Counted from the first letter of the stretch, positions 1-13,836 are shown. The stretch: DNA of 64,000 nucleotides from Eledone cirrhosa (GCA_964016885.1 OZ024764.1:1612001-1676000), one strand, 5' to 3'. The notes: generated by a model not told the origin, from the sequence alone. Program-made: numbers and translations.

Positions 1-69
1 GTTACACACCAGATATAACGAAACTGTGTTGTGAGACCTGCAAAAAACACTGTAATACTAACATTCCCG
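1..69 (+). CDS. Exon (5' end outside window) of a cysteine-rich repeat protein; (C)YTPDITKLCCETCKKHCNTNIP
   Basis: Open frame from base 3 with a CCxTC motif, ending at GTATGT donor (70-75), phase 1; same module as the next two exons. Confidence 0.8.
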
Positions 70-85
70 GTATGTATCTTTATTT

Positions 86-245
86 ATCATCATCATCATC
101 ATCATCGTTTAACATCCATCTTCCACGCTAGCATGGGTTGGACGGGCTGTCCATTTGTCAGGAATCAGGTCAAGGGACTGTGATTTCATTCACACAGAAC
201 TGGTTTTGGCTTGGTTTCTACAGTGGGATTCACTTCCTAACGCCA
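86..245 (-). mobile_element. RTE LINE family A-like 3' terminus with (ATG)n tail, intronic
   Basis: Reverse complement resembles 30700-30883 (cccatgctagcgtggaag...gatgatgatg). Confidence 0.75.
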
Positions 246-3200
246 ACCACTTTACAGAGTGGACTGGGTGTTGTTTGTTGTGACACCTACATGACCACTT
301 TACAGTGTGGCCTGGGTACTTTTTGTTGTGACACCTGCATGACCACTTTACAGTGTGGGCTTGGTACTTTTTGTTGTGACACCTACATGACCACTTTACA
401 GTGTGGACTGGGTGCTTTTTGTTGTGACACCTACATGACCACTTTACAGTGTGGACTGGGTACTTTTTGTTGTGACACCTACATGACCACTTTACAGTGT
501 GGCCTGGGTACTTTTTTTTTGTGACACCTACATGACCACTTTACAGTGTGGCCTGGGTACTTTTTGTTGTGACACCTACATGACCACTTTACAGTGTGGA
601 CTGGGTACTTTTTGTTGTGACACCTACATGACCACTTTACAGTGTGGACTGGGTACTTTTTGTTGTGACACCTACATGACCACTTTACAGTGTGGACTGG
701 GTACTTTTTGTTGTGACACCTACATGACCACTTTACAGTGTGAACTGGGTACTTTTTGTTGTGACACCTACATGACCACTTTACAGTGTGGACTGGGTAC
801 TTTTTGTTGTGACACCTACATGACCACTTTACAGTGTGTACTGGGTACTTTTTGTTGTGACACCTATATGACCACTTTACAGTGTGGACTGGGTGTTGCT
901 TGTTGTGACACCTACATGACCACTTTACAGTGTGGCCTGGGTACTTTTTGTTGTGACACCTACATGACCACTTTACAGTGTGGACTGGGTGTTGTTTGTT
1001 GTGACACCTACATGACCACTTTACAGTGTAGACTGGGTACTTTTTGTTGTGACACCTGCATGACCACTTTACAGTGTGGACTGGGTACTATTTGTTGTGA
1101 CACCTACATGACCACTTTACAGTGTGGACTGGGTACTTTTTGTTGTGACACCTACATGACCACTTTACAGTGTGAACTGGGTACTTTTTGTTGTGACACC
1201 TACATGACCACTTTACAGTGTGGACTGGGTACTTTTTGTTGTGACACCTACATGACCACTTTACAGTGTGGACTGGGTACTTTTTGTTGTGACACCTACA
1301 TGACCACTTTACAGTGTGTACTGGGTACTTTTTGTTGTGACACCTACATGACCACTTTACAGTGTGGACTGGGTGTTGCTTGTTGTGACACCTACATGAC
1401 CACTTTACAGTGTGGACTGGGTACTTTTTGTTGTGACACCTACATGACCACTTTACAGTGTGGACTGGGTACTATTTGTTGTGACACCTACATGACCACT
1501 TTACAGTGTGGCCTGGGTACTTTTTGTTGTGACACCTACATGACCACTTTACAGTGTGGACTGGGTACTTTTTGTTGTGACACCTACATGACCACTTTAC
1601 AGTGTGGACTGGGTAATTTTTGTTGTGACACCTACATGACCACTTGACAGTGTGGACTGGGTACTTTTTGTTGTGTCACCTACATGACCACTTTACAGTG
1701 TGAACTGGGTACTTTTTGTTGTGACACCTACATGACCACTTTACAGTGTGGACTGGGTACTTTTTGTTGTGACACCTACATGACCACTTTACAGTGTGTA
1801 CTGGGTACTTTTTGTTGTGACACCTATATGACCACTTTACAGTGTGGACTGGGTGTTGCTTGTTGTGACACCTACATGACCACTTTACAGTGTGGCCTGG
1901 GTACTTTTTGTTGTGACACCTACATGACCACTTTACAGTGTGGACTGGGTGTTGTTTGTTGTGACACCTACATGACCACTTTACAGTGTAGACTGGGTAC
2001 TTTTTGTTGTGACACCTGCATGACCACTTTACAGTGTGGACTGGGTACTATTTGTTGTGACACCTACATGACCACTTTACAGTGTGGACTGGGTACTTTT
2101 TGTTGTGACACCTACATGACCACTTTACAGTGTGAACTGGGTACTTTTTGTTGTGACACCTACATGACCACTTTACAGTGTGGACTGGGTACTTTTTGTT
2201 GTGACACCTACATGACCACTTTACAGTGTGGACTGGGTACTTTTTGTTGTGACACCTACATGACCACTTTACAGTGTGTACTGGGTACTTTTTGTTGTGA
2301 CACCTACATGACCATTTTACAGTGTGGACTGGGTGTTGCTTGTTGTGACACCTACATGACCACTTTACAGTGTGGCCTGGGTACTTTTTGTTGTGACACC
2401 TACATGACCACTTTACAGTGTGGACTGGGTACTATTTGTTGTGACACCTACCTGACCACTTTACAGTGTGGACTGGGTACTTTTTGTTGTGACACCTACA
2501 TGACCACTTTACAGTGTGGACTGGGTACTTTTTTTTTGTGACACCTACATGACCACTTTACAGTGTGGACTGGGTGTTGTTTGTTGTGACACCTACATGA
2601 CCACTTTACAGTGTAGACTGGGTACTTTTTGTTGTGACACCTGCATGACCACTTTACAGTGTGGACTGGGTACTATTTGTTGTGACACCTACATGACCAC
2701 TTTACAGTGTGGACTGGGTACTTTTTGTTGTGACACCTACATGACCACTTTACAGTGTGGACTGGGTACTATTTGTTGTGACACCTACATGACCACTTTA
2801 CAGTGTGGACTGGGTACTTTTTGTTGTGACACCTACATAACCACTTTACAGTGTGAACTGGGTACTTTTTGTTGTGACACCTACATGACCACTTTACAGT
2901 GTGGACTGGGTACTTTTTGTTGTGACACCTACATGACCACTTTACAGTGTGTACTGGGTACTTTTTGTTGTGACACCTACATGACCACTTTACAGAGTGG
3001 ACTGGGTACTTTTTGTTTTGACACCTACATGACCACTTTACAGTGTGGACTGGGTACTTTTTGTTGTGACACCTACATGACCACTTTACAGTGTGGACTG
3101 GGTGTTGCTTGTTGTTGTGACACCTACATGACCACTTTACAGTGTGGACTGGGTGTTGCTTGTTGTGACACCTACATGACTACTTTATAATGTGGACTGG

Positions 3201-3761
3201 GTACTTTTTGTTGTGACACCTACATGACCACTTTACAGTGTGGACTGGGTGTTGTTTGTCATGACACCTACGTGACCACTTTGCAGTGTGGACTGGGTGT
3301 TGTTTGTTGTGTCACCTACATGACCACTTTACAGTGTGGACTGGGTGCTTTTTGTTGTGACACCTACATGACCACTTTACAGTGTGGGCTGGGTGTTGTT
3401 TGTCATGACACCTACATGACCACTTTACAGTGTGGACTGGGTGCTTTTTGTTGTTACACCTACATGACCACTTTACAGTGTGGACTGGGTGCCTTTTGTT
3501 GCGACACCTACATGACCACTTTACAGTGTGGACTGGGTGTTGTTTGTCATGACACCTACATGACCACTTTACAGTGTGGACTGGGTGCTTTTCGTTGTGA
3601 CACCTACATGACCACTTTACAGTGTGGACTAGGTACTTTTTGTTGTGACACCTACATGACCACTTTACAGTGTGAACTGGGTACTTTTTGTTGTGACACC
3701 TACATGACCACTTTACAGTGTGGACTGGGTACTTTTTGTTGTGACACCTACATGACCACTT
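246..3761. repeat. 48-bp tandem array (about 73 units) derived from the RTE-A 3'UTR
   Basis: Unit GACCACTTTACAGTGTGGACTGGGTACTTTTTGTTGTGACACCTACAT resembles the reverse complement of 30620-30710 and is contiguous with the LINE tail at 86-245. Confidence 0.95.
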
Positions 3762-4010
3762 CATAGAGGAGGTTGGATATTTGGACGGGGTGAGGAAGAC
3801 TAGGTATGAGGGAGGTTTATGGGAGGGGAGATGGTAGGAAATGGTGTTGTCTACTAGGTATATGCCTCAGCCCGATAATAATAGAGGGCTGGAAGATGGA
3901 GTAGGGGGTGTGGTTTTGGGTGTATATTGGGTTCACAGGTGCCCACTGTCCCCGTCTATTGTCTCCTATATGTCGGCCCTGTTTTTATTATTGGTGTTGT
4001 TGTTGTACAG

Positions 4011-4127
4011 GCTGTGCTTGTGGAGATCGGCGAAGTGGCTGCTCCAATATAACAAGACTTGACTGTTATACTCAACACAAGGACTGCTGCTACACATGTT
4101 CAAAACTCAGAGACGCCAGCTACCCTG
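4011..4127 (+). CDS. Exon, Cys-rich module GCACGDRRSGCSNITRLDCYTQHKDCCYTCSKLRDASYP
   Basis: tgtacAG acceptor at 4009-4010, GTAAGT donor at 4128, 117 nt, phase 1-1, joins in frame. Confidence 0.85.
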
Positions 4128-4134
4128 GTAAGTC

Positions 4135-4425
4135 ACAGCTGCTGCTGCTGCTGCTGCTTCTTCTTCTTCTTCTTCTTCTCCTTCTTCTTCTTCTTCTTCT
4201 TCTTCTTCTTCTTCTTTTTCTTCTTCTTCTTTTTCTTCTTTTTCTTTTTCTTTTTCTTCTTTTTCTTCTTCTTCTTCTTCTTCTTCTTCCTCACCCCACT
4301 CTCTCTATCTCTGTTTCTCTCTCTATTTCTCTCACCACCACTACCTCCTACACCATCACCACCACCATTACTACTACTACCACCCCACCAACATCACCAC
4401 CACCACTACCACACCACCACCTTAC
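4135..4425. repeat. (CTG)n/(CTT)n/(CAC)n microsatellites in intron
   Basis: Direct inspection. Confidence 0.9.
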
Positions 4426-4561
4426 TATCATTATATTTCTATTCCAAAAGGTGTTGGATTGGCAGAAATCAGTAGAGTGTCCGTCAGGCGGCATTCTTTG
4501 TAGCACAGAGTTGTGGCCCTTTACGTTCCGAGTTGAAATCGCGTTATATTTCTATTTGCAG

Positions 4562-4762
4562 GGTGTGAATATGGAGACCGCAGTGACCAGTGTCAATCGT
4601 CTAATTGTGTCTACTACGACACCTACAGACAATCCAGAGTGTGTTGCCAGACTTGTAGACACCTCCTCACTGTACCAGTTACCACCATTGAGCTTACCCA
4701 CAGCCCTCCCTCCCCTGAACAGAGTTCTGCTGCTGCTGCTGCTAACGTTGCCGTCCCTTTCG
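4562..4762 (+). CDS. Exon, Cys-rich module GCEYGDRSDQCQSSNCVYYDTYRQSRVCCQTC plus Thr/Pro/Ser/Ala linker
   Basis: tttgcAG acceptor ending 4561, GTAAGT donor at 4763, 201 nt, phase 1-1. Confidence 0.85.
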
Positions 4763-4826
4763 GTAAGTTGACGAAAAAATATACATAACATAACATAACA
4801 TAACATCTATTTTATTTCTCACTCTT

Positions 4827-4862
4827 TCTTCTGATGAAGGACCAGCATCCGAAACGTCAAGA
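4827..4862 (+). ncRNA. Minimal type I hammerhead ribozyme (family B) within a ~150-220 bp dispersed repeat
   Basis: tctt-CTGATGA-a-gga/tcc stem II-GAAA-c-GTC-aaga; helix I tctt/aaga; palindromic ACGT stem III typical of Penelope-type minimal HHRs. Confidence 0.75.
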
Positions 4863-4952
4863 CCCTCTTCCTGCTATATCAAGCGTTAAACTAATATATT
4901 CCTTCCATATACTGTACAGATTGTGTTGTTATTTATGTTTACCTTTTACATA

Positions 4953-5196
4953 CATCATCATCATCATCATCATCATCATCATACATCCGCTTTTCCCTGC
5001 TTGCAAGGGTGGGACGGGCCCTATTCGGCGCAGCATCTCTCCACTCGTCACGGTCCTTCGTCATCTCCACCGTGAGCTTCAGCGATCTGAGGTCTGTTCC
5101 CACCACCTCCGCCCATGTTTTTCGTGGTCTACCTCTAACACGTCTTCCTTCAACTGGCATTTCCTGGCACTTCTTCACCCATCGGTCATCCTCCAT
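4953..5196 (-). mobile_element. RTE family B 3' fragment
   Basis: Encodes [28 protein letters not shown]...; (ATG)n tail; matches 38277-38520. Confidence 0.9.
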
Positions 5197-5231
5197 ATAT
5201 ACATATAATATACATATAAAGTAAAAGTATA

Positions 5232-5348
5232 TAATAATAATAATAATAATGAAATTATTGTGTACAGTGCTCAGGTGCACTACAACTCATCAAAGGTGCA
5301 TGTATAGTACATAGAATAATGTACAAATGTCAGGAAAGTGAACAGTGT
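5232..5348 (-). mobile_element. CR1-like LINE 3' tail
   Basis: Near-identical to 59252-59360 and 19547-19655, which abut a CR1-type ORF2 C-terminus; (ATT)n tail. Confidence 0.85.
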
Positions 5349-5769
5349 ATATACATATAAAGTACAAATATATACATATAAAGTACAAATATATACATAT
5401 AAAGTAAAAATATATACATATAAAGTAAAAATATATACATATAAAGTACAAATATATACATATAAAGTACAAATATATACATATAAAGTAAAAATATATA
5501 CATATAAAGTAAAAAATATATACATATAAAGTAAAAAATATATACATATAAAGTAAAAATATATACATATAAAGTACAAATATATACATATAAAGTAAAA
5601 ATATATACACATAAAGTAAAAATATATACATATAAAGTAAAAATATATACATATAAAGTAAAAATATATACATATAAAGTACAAATATATACATATAAAG
5701 TAAAAATATATACATATAAAGTACAAATATATACACATAAAGTAAAAATATATACATATAAAGTAAAAA
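5349..5769. repeat. 21-bp minisatellite ATATATACATATAAAGTAMAA (about 20 units)
   Basis: Direct periodicity. Confidence 0.9.
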
Positions 5770-6458
5770 TTAGAAAGAGAAGCCAGGACTATCCATCATC
5801 AGTGGTCTACTAGCTGTCATAGGTATTTCTTCGCAGTAAAGACCAGATACCTCAGGCTGGCGCGATACAATAACTAAAATAAGTTATTGGGATAAAAAGA
5901 ATTGGGTGGAGAAAGAGAGACAGGTGACCAAATACGAATGGTGAGGCAACGTAAAGAGAGGAAAAAATGAGAAAAATCAAGTCAATCATTCATTTTGAAC
6001 ATAAGAACTTGCGAATATTGACGAGGAGACAAAAGACACATCTTAACCGTGCGAAAAGTGAGCAAGAAATGAATTTCGCACGGTGTGGGACAATGGAGGA
6101 AGTGAGAGATAGGGTGAGTAGCAGAGGGGGTGAGTAAGAGGGAGAAGGAGAGAGAAAGAGGATAGAAGTAAGGGAAAGAATTATTAAGTGAAAGCCAGAA
6201 TTCCTGTGCTCATCTGCGGGTGTCCAGGAAAATTCATACCTTTCACTTCAAAGGATCTAAGAAGACTGAGAGATATGCTGTTATAGATATGCAGTGCCTA
6301 GCGCGTCTCATACGCATGCCGCTAAAATTAGCAGCTGGGTTTATGAGACTAAAGTTAGCTCAACACGGCTCGGAAAGTTTCCCTTCTTTGAACTATTTAA
6401 TTGTAAAAGACTATTTTGAGTTTATAACTCAATCTATGATATATATATATATATATAT

Positions 6459-6608
6459 AATGATAGGGACCCCAGTCCTATCATCTCATTTCTACAGCTA
6501 AGTAAACTGGTGCAATGTGAAATAAAGTGTCTTGCTCAAGGAAACAACACATCACCCAGTCTGAGAATTGAACTCACAACCTTTCGATTGCAAGGCCAAT
6601 GCTCTAAC

Positions 6609-6612
<4 letters not shown>
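6459..6612 (-). mobile_element. Partial tRNA-derived CORE-type SINE (family A)
   Basis: Matches the head/core of 52725-53060. Confidence 0.85.
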
Positions 6613-6662
<50 letters not shown>

Positions 6663-6664
<2 letters not shown>

Positions 6665-7108
6665 CGGAGTGGGGAGACCCAAGATGACCTGGGATGAGGT
6701 GATAAAAGCCGACCTTACCCAATTACACCTCTCAAAGGCGATGACACACGACCGTGATCTCTGGCGTCACGCAGTAATACAGAGTACCCGACCTCCCATG
6801 GGTACAAGCTGAAGCATATAGACAATATGCCCCCACACCCCCCCACCACAAGGTGGTCGTGGAGGTGCCACGGCAAAAAAGCACCCAGCCCACACTGTAA
6901 AGTGGACGTGTAGGCGCCACGAAAAAGCACCCAGCACTCACTGTAAATGAGGTTGGTGTTAGGAAGGGCATCCAGCTGTAGAAATCAAGCCAAATCAGTT
7001 CCTGTATGAGCAAGGCATGGTCAGCCGACCAGACACTGCCCACAACAGGACAACCCATCTAACCCATGCTAGCGTGGAAGAATGGACGTAAAACGGTGAT
7101 GATGATGA
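6663..7108 (+). mobile_element. 5'-truncated RTE-A copy inserted in (TA)n
   Basis: Near-identical to 30431-30880; RGVGRPKMTWDEVIKAD...; flanked by TA repeats. Confidence 0.95.
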
Positions 7109-7114
7109 TACATA

Positions 7115-7145
<31 letters not shown>

Positions 7146-7148
7146 TAA

Positions 7149-7366
7149 GGAACGATCGACTTTCGTCAAATCGGACCGAGGGAACAATGTTTCCATTGGT
7201 CTTTCCAATTGCTAGTACTATCTATCGGTCGCAACTCCAGGTAGAAGGAGCAACGTGAAATAAAGTGTCTTGCTCAAGGACATAACGCATCGCCTGGTCC
7301 AGGAATCGAACTCACAACCTTACTATTGCAAATCCAATTCTCTAACCACTCAGCCACACGCCTTCA
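7149..7366 (-). mobile_element. tRNA-derived CORE-type SINE (family B)
   Basis: A box TGGCTGAGTGG, B box GTTCGATTC, core ccttgagcaagacactttatttcac; second copy at 43799-43986. Confidence 0.85.
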
Positions 7367-7376
7367 CTATATGTAG

Positions 7377-7410
<34 letters not shown>

Positions 7411-7605
7411 TGGAAAATGTGTATAATCCTTGGTACAGTTAGGTATATTAAGACAGGGGGGAAACCAACAATCAACGACTCAATTTATAAAAAAATATTT
7501 AAAAAAAAATTTTTTCTAATCCGGAAAAAAATTCTTTTTGGATTTTGTGAAGAAAATAAATTTGTTGAAAGCACAAGTGAAGCCATTTTTTTCTTCCCCC
7601 CTGTC

Positions 7606-7821
<216 letters not shown>

Positions 7822-7909
7822 CATATATATACATATATATATATATATATTTGGATTTTAGTCTTCAAATTTATTATTATTACTATATATATATATATAT
7901 ACAAGTATG

Positions 7910-7983
<74 letters not shown>

Positions 7984-8079
7984 GTATGTATATATATATA
8001 CAAGTATGTATATTATATATACACATGTATATATCTACATGTGTATATATGTAATAGATCTATTTTCTTTTATTTTCAG

Positions 8080-8156
8080 CCTCACTCTATTGGATAACAA
8101 CTCTATTGATATCAGTCACTACAACGATGATGATGATGGCAAGTGGAATTCTGTGA
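8080..8156 (+). CDS. Probable last coding exon [25 protein letters not shown] (hydrophobic tail, GPI-signal or TM-like)
   Basis: Polypyrimidine tract plus ttttcAG (8078-8079); phase-1 join gives a hydrophobic stretch ending TGA 8154-8156; an overlapping GTGAGT donor at 8153 is an alternative. Confidence 0.6.
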
Positions 8157-8159
8157 GTG

Positions 8160-8267
8160 ATATACACACACACACAGGCACACACATACACATACACATA
8201 CACAGACACACATATAGACACATACACATACACACATATAGACACATACACACACACAGACACACAC

Positions 8268-8304
<37 letters not shown>

Positions 8305-9770
8305 GACACACATATAGACACATACACATACACATACACACATATAGACACATACACACATACACATACACAGACACACATATACAGACACACACACACA
8401 TACACAGACACACACACAGGCACACACACATACACATACAGACACACACATACACACACACACACAGAAACACACACACAGACACACACATACACATACA
8501 CATACACATACACAGACACACATATAGACACATACACATACACATACACACATATAGACACATACACACATACACATACACAGACACACACACACACACA
8601 GGCACACACACATACACATACAGACACACACATACACACACACACAGAAACACACAGACACAGACACACACACACACATAGACACAGACACACGCATGCA
8701 CACACACACACACATATACACACACACATACACATACACACATGCAGACACACACTCATACACACACACACAGACACACACTCATACACACACACACACT
8801 CATACACACACACACACACACACATACACATTCATACACACACACAATCATACACACACATACACATACTCACACATACACACACAATCATACACACACA
8901 TACTCATACTCACACAGACGCAATCATACACACACACACTCATACACACACGCGTGCGCAGATATATGCAGATATCAAAGTTTGTGTGTATATATATATA
9001 TATATGTGTGTGTGTATATAATATACCACCACGATCACAACAACGCCATCAAACACACCCAACACCCCACCCCACCACCATGCCACCCCGCCCCCACTCC
9101 AACACCCCACCACACCACTATCAACCACCCCACCCCCACCCCACAACACCCTCCAACCAATCACAGAATCTTGTCTTTAAACATTCCTTACTGATGAGTC
9201 AGCAATTCTTTTATTGACCACATTTACACCACCACACCTCCACCACCACCACCACCACACCACCACACCTCCACCACCACCACCACACCTCCACCACCAC
9301 CACCACACCACCACCACCTCACCACCACCACCACACCACCACCGCTACCACACCTCCACCACACCACCACCACCACCACTACACCTCCACCAAACCACCA
9401 CCACCACCACACCTCCACCACCTCACCACCACCACCACACCACCACCGCTACCACACCTCCACCACACCACCACCACTACACCTCCACCAAACCACCACC
9501 ACCACCACACCACCACCGCTACCACACCTCCACCACCACTACACCTCCACCACACCTCCACCACACCACCGCCACCACCACCACACCACCACTGCCACAC
9601 GACCACCACCACCACCATCATAAACACCATTACCACTCCCACCATCTTCAGCAACTCCACCACCACCACCACCACCACCACCACCACAACACTATCAACA
9701 CCACAACACAACAACAACACCACCACCACAACAATACCACCACCACAACTACTACCATAACACCACTAAC
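8160..9770. repeat. (CA)n-rich and (CAC)n-rich low-complexity tracts
   Basis: Direct inspection. Confidence 0.9.
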
Positions 9771-9784
9771 AGTGGTGTTGTGCA

Positions 9785-11330
9785 CCCTAGGCTAGCTCTA
9801 CAATGTGTACCTGGGTATTTAGTACCCTAGACTAGCTCTACAATGTGTACCTGGGTATTTAGTACTCTAGACTAGCTCTACAATGTGTACCTGGGTATTT
9901 AGTACCCTAGGTTAGTTTTACAATGTGTACCTGGGTATTTAGTACCCTAGGTTAGTTTTACAATGTGTACCTGGGTATTTAGTACCCTAGACAAACTTTA
10001 TAATGTGTACCTGGGTATTTAGTACTCTAAGCTAGCTCTACAGTGTGTACCTGGGTATTTAGTACCCTAAGTTAGCCCTACAATGTGTACCTGGGTATTT
10101 AGTACTCTAAGCTAGCTCTACAGTGTGTACCTGGGTATTTAGTACCCTAGACTAACTTTATAATGTGTACCTGGGTATTTAGTACTCTAAGCTAGCTCTA
10201 CAGTGTGTACCTGGGTATTTAGTACCCTAAGTTAGCCCTACAATGTGTACCTGGGTATTTAGTACCCTAGACTAACTTTATAATGTGTACCTGGGTATTT
10301 AGTACTCTAAGCTAGCTCTACAATGTGTACCTGGGTATTTAGTACCCTAGACAAACTTTATAATGTGTACCTGGGTATTTAGTACTCTAAGCTAGCTCTA
10401 CAATGTGTACCTGGGTATTTAGTACCCTAGACTAACTTTATAATGTGTACCTGGGTATTTAGTACCCTAAGTTAGCCCTACAGTGTGTACCTGGGTATTT
10501 AGTACCCTAGACTAACTTTATAATGTGTACCTGGGTATTTAGTACTCTAAGCTAGCTCTACAGTGTGTACCTGGGTATTTAGTACCCTAGACTAACTTTA
10601 TAATGTGTACCTGGGTATTTAGTACTCTAAGCTAGCTCTACAATGTGTACCTGGGTATTTAGTACCCTAGACAAACTTTATAATGTGTACCTGGGTATTT
10701 AGTACTCTAAGCTAGCTCTACAATGTGTACCTGGGTATTTAGTACCCTAGACAAACTTTATAATGTGTACCTGGGTATTTAGTACTCTAAGCTATCTCTA
10801 CAATGTGTACCTGGGTATTTAGTACCCTAGACTAACTTTATAATGTGTACCTGGGTATTTAGTACCCTAAGTTAGCCCTACAGTGTGTACCTGGGTATTT
10901 AGTACCCTAGACTAACTTTATAATGTGTACCTGGGTATTTAGTACTCTAAGCTAGCTCTACAGTGTGTACCTGGGTATTTAGTACCCTAGACTAACTTTA
11001 TAATGTGTACCTGGGTATTTAGTACTCTAAGCTAGCTCTACAGTGTGTACCTGGGTATTTAGTACCCTAGACTAACTTTATAATGTGTACCTGGGTATTT
11101 AGTACTCTAAGCTAGCTCTACAATGTGTACCTGGGTATTTAGTACCCTAGACTAACTTTATAATGTGTACCTGGGTATTTAGTACTCTAAGCTAGCTCTA
11201 CAGTGTGTACCTGGGTATTTAGTACCCTAGACAAACTTTATAATGTGTACCTGGGTATTTAGTACTCTAAGCTAGCTCTACAATGTGTACCTGGGTATTT
11301 AGTACCCTAGACTAACTTTATAATGTGTAC
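9785..11330. repeat. 40-bp tandem array (about 38 units) with an alternating 80-bp dimer
   Basis: Unit AGTACCCTAGACTAGCTCTACAATGTGTACCTGGGTATTT; A/B variants alternate. Confidence 0.95.
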
Positions 11331-11785
11331 CCCATTGTTCTAAATAACATAATTTCAACTTACAATTTGATAAGTTGGGAAGACTAGTTTTTGACACGTT
11401 TTACACAAATAACTAAGCCTGCATTTTCCACTACACAGTCCACACTCATCCACACCAGATCATAATACCATACAACCCTCTCCACCCCTTTTGATATTTC
11501 CACAATGCTGATCTGTGGCAGAGATCTTTAGCGATTTATTTATTGATCGCAAGAAATTTTTATATACCTAATTTAATTATTCAAATATATATATATATGT
11601 ATATATGTATATATATAAATAAAACTGTGATCCTTTAAGGTTCATAATGTACCTCTGAGGTCTGAACCCTAGGTGACTGTCTAGTTAGACGTAATGGTAA
11701 CACCAACCCTGCATACACACAAAAATCTTTACACAAATGCACGCACACATGTACATACATACATAGACACACACACAAATATATA

Positions 11786-12266
11786 CAGTTTACCCCTGGT
11801 ATTTGCAGGTGTTATTTTCCCAGAACACCCACAAAGAGTGAAAAACCGCAAATATTAGACGTGGTCCATAAAAATGCCTATAAACATCAAAATACAACGT
11901 AAAATATAAAAAAGAGGGAGAGTCTTATACGAAGGGACGTCCAATATACGCCAGCAAATATGGTATATTGTTGTTGATAATTTAGTGTTAAATATATATA
12001 TTTGTTTCTACTTTCGGCACAAGGCAGCTTTTACCCAGTATATTACTGGTACTTTATTTTATCGACCACGTAAGGATGAAAGGCAAAGTTAACCTTAGAG
12101 GGATTTGAACTCAGATCATAAATATTGCCATGAAAAAAGCCATAAAATAATCATGGAAGATATTAACAATTCCACGAATATTTGGTGGTTTCCACAAACA
12201 ATTATTTGTTAGGTTCTTAGGAAAATTCCGCGAGTAACCGGGGCTGATAATGCAAGGGGTACACTG
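11786..12266. mobile_element. Tc1/mariner-pogo-like MITE
   Basis: Imperfect TIRs CAGT(T/G)TACCCCT..., TA on both sides; nested SINE fragment at about 12000-12115. Confidence 0.6.
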
Positions 12267-12435
12267 TATATACATATTTACTGATTGCAGGAAATTTTTA
12301 TATATATCTATTTTAATTATACAAATACATATATAAAACTAGGATCTTTTAGGTTTCAGTTAGGCACCTGTCTGGGGTCTGAGCCCTGACTGGCCATAAT
12401 CGTATAACACCAACCCTGTTTAAAACTGTGAAACT

Positions 12436-12640
12436 TTAACCCATTACCATTCGCTATTGTATTTTTGTGGTAAAGGCTTTACCTCACATAATATCGAATT
12501 GAATATTTGAGATTTTGATATTATTTATTTTGAGAACAATACCTTAACATCAGTATGAGCAGCCAGTTACAGCTGGTTTGAACAGAAAGAGGTGAGAGAA
12601 TTCTGGCCAGATATGGCCGGTTTAAAGGCTAAAGGGTTAA
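12436..12640 (+). mobile_element. piggyBac-like MITE (~200 bp)
   Basis: TTAACCC...GGGTTAA ends; homologous copies at 61237-61451 and 62219-63527. Confidence 0.7.
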
Positions 12641-12929
12641 GGTTCTGTAGTGTACTTCTGTGCCCTAGGTGGCTGCCTAGTTAGCTTTAGACAGACACAC
12701 ACACGCACGCACACGCACACACACACACACACACACACACTGTAACAGAGATAGACTGACAGACAGACACCACAGAGGAAGGATGCCCAACAGCAAATGC
12801 AAATCCTTCTTCAAAATTTCACTGTGAAAACAAACGAAAAAAAATGTTGGTTAACTGCTTCGGAAAAATCTACAATTTCTCTTCCCAAATTCTATATTTA
12901 AATTTTACATTTTATATATCTATATATAT

Positions 12930-13650
12930 AAGTTAAGCACTAAGCAGAGAGTTGCTCTAGGTAGAGCTGCTACTTCTCCAAATTGAGAGACCACAGCTCT
13001 GATACTACAGACATGTGGTTAGAATGTCTCAGGAAAGAATCTCTGAACTGAGAGATCACAGCTCTGATACTACAGACATGTGGTTAGAATGTCTCAGGAA
13101 AGAATCTCTGAATTGAGAGATCACAGCTCTGATACTACAGACATGTGGTTAGAATGTCTCAGGAAAGAATCTCTGAACTGAGAGATCACAGCTCTGATAC
13201 TACAGACATGTGGTTAGAATGTCTCAGGATAGAATCTCTGAATTGAGAGATCACAGCTCTGATACTACAGACATGTGTTTAGAATGTCACAGGAAAGAAC
13301 CTCTGAATTGAGAGATCACAGCTCTGATACTACAGACATGTGGTTAGAATGTCACAGGAAAGAACCTCTGAATTGAGAGATCACAGCTCTGATACTACAG
13401 ACATGTCGTTAGAATGTCTCAGGAAAGAATCTCTGGACAGATTTTACAGGCAAAACAGCCTGCTGGAGACCCAGGGGTAGACCCTGAGCAAGATAGTTGG
13501 ATAACATCCATGAGCTTGGCTGGTCTCGCTTGGGGATCTAGCTGGATTAATTGGAGACGGTTGCTTCAGATAGGACCTGCTGGAAGGAGTGTTTGAGGAC
13601 TCTGCCTCCACGACCCTCTCAGGAATAAGTAGGAGAAGAAGAAGGCGACG
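12930..13650 (+). mobile_element. RTE family C 3' fragment containing a 65-bp x7 tandem array (12981-13435)
   Basis: Degenerate IERSQLxYYxHVVRMSQERISGQILQAK...RPRGRP; second array on - strand at 63837-64000. Confidence 0.8.
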
Positions 13651-13836
13651 ACTAAGCAAGGGAACTCTACTATGTTATTTGTATAGACTGATTTTGTATC
13701 GGTACAAAAGCCATACCAGTAATTACTCCTGTATTTGTGTGTGTTACTGAATATATGTTTAAAAATATAACTACTCCATTACCAAAGGTTTCTGGATCAC
13801 AGACAATATTAATATACGTCTGGATGGGTCGTATCT

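Noticed and set aside
138-3766. Long Cys-rich ORFs (MTTLQCGLGTFCCDTY)n resembling metallothionein or keratin-associated proteins
   Set aside because: By-product of a 48-bp array derived from the antisense LINE 3'UTR inside an intron; interrupted by frameshifts and stops
3908-4771. 287-aa single ORF spanning the exons
   Set aside because: Reads through the intronic (CTT)n; the spliced model with canonical sites fits better
9185-9215. CTGATGA motif as a hammerhead
   Set aside because: No stem II or downstream GAAA
9785-11330. CRISPR-like regular repeats (also the other arrays)
   Set aside because: Head-to-tail tandem units without unique spacers, no cas genes, eukaryotic context
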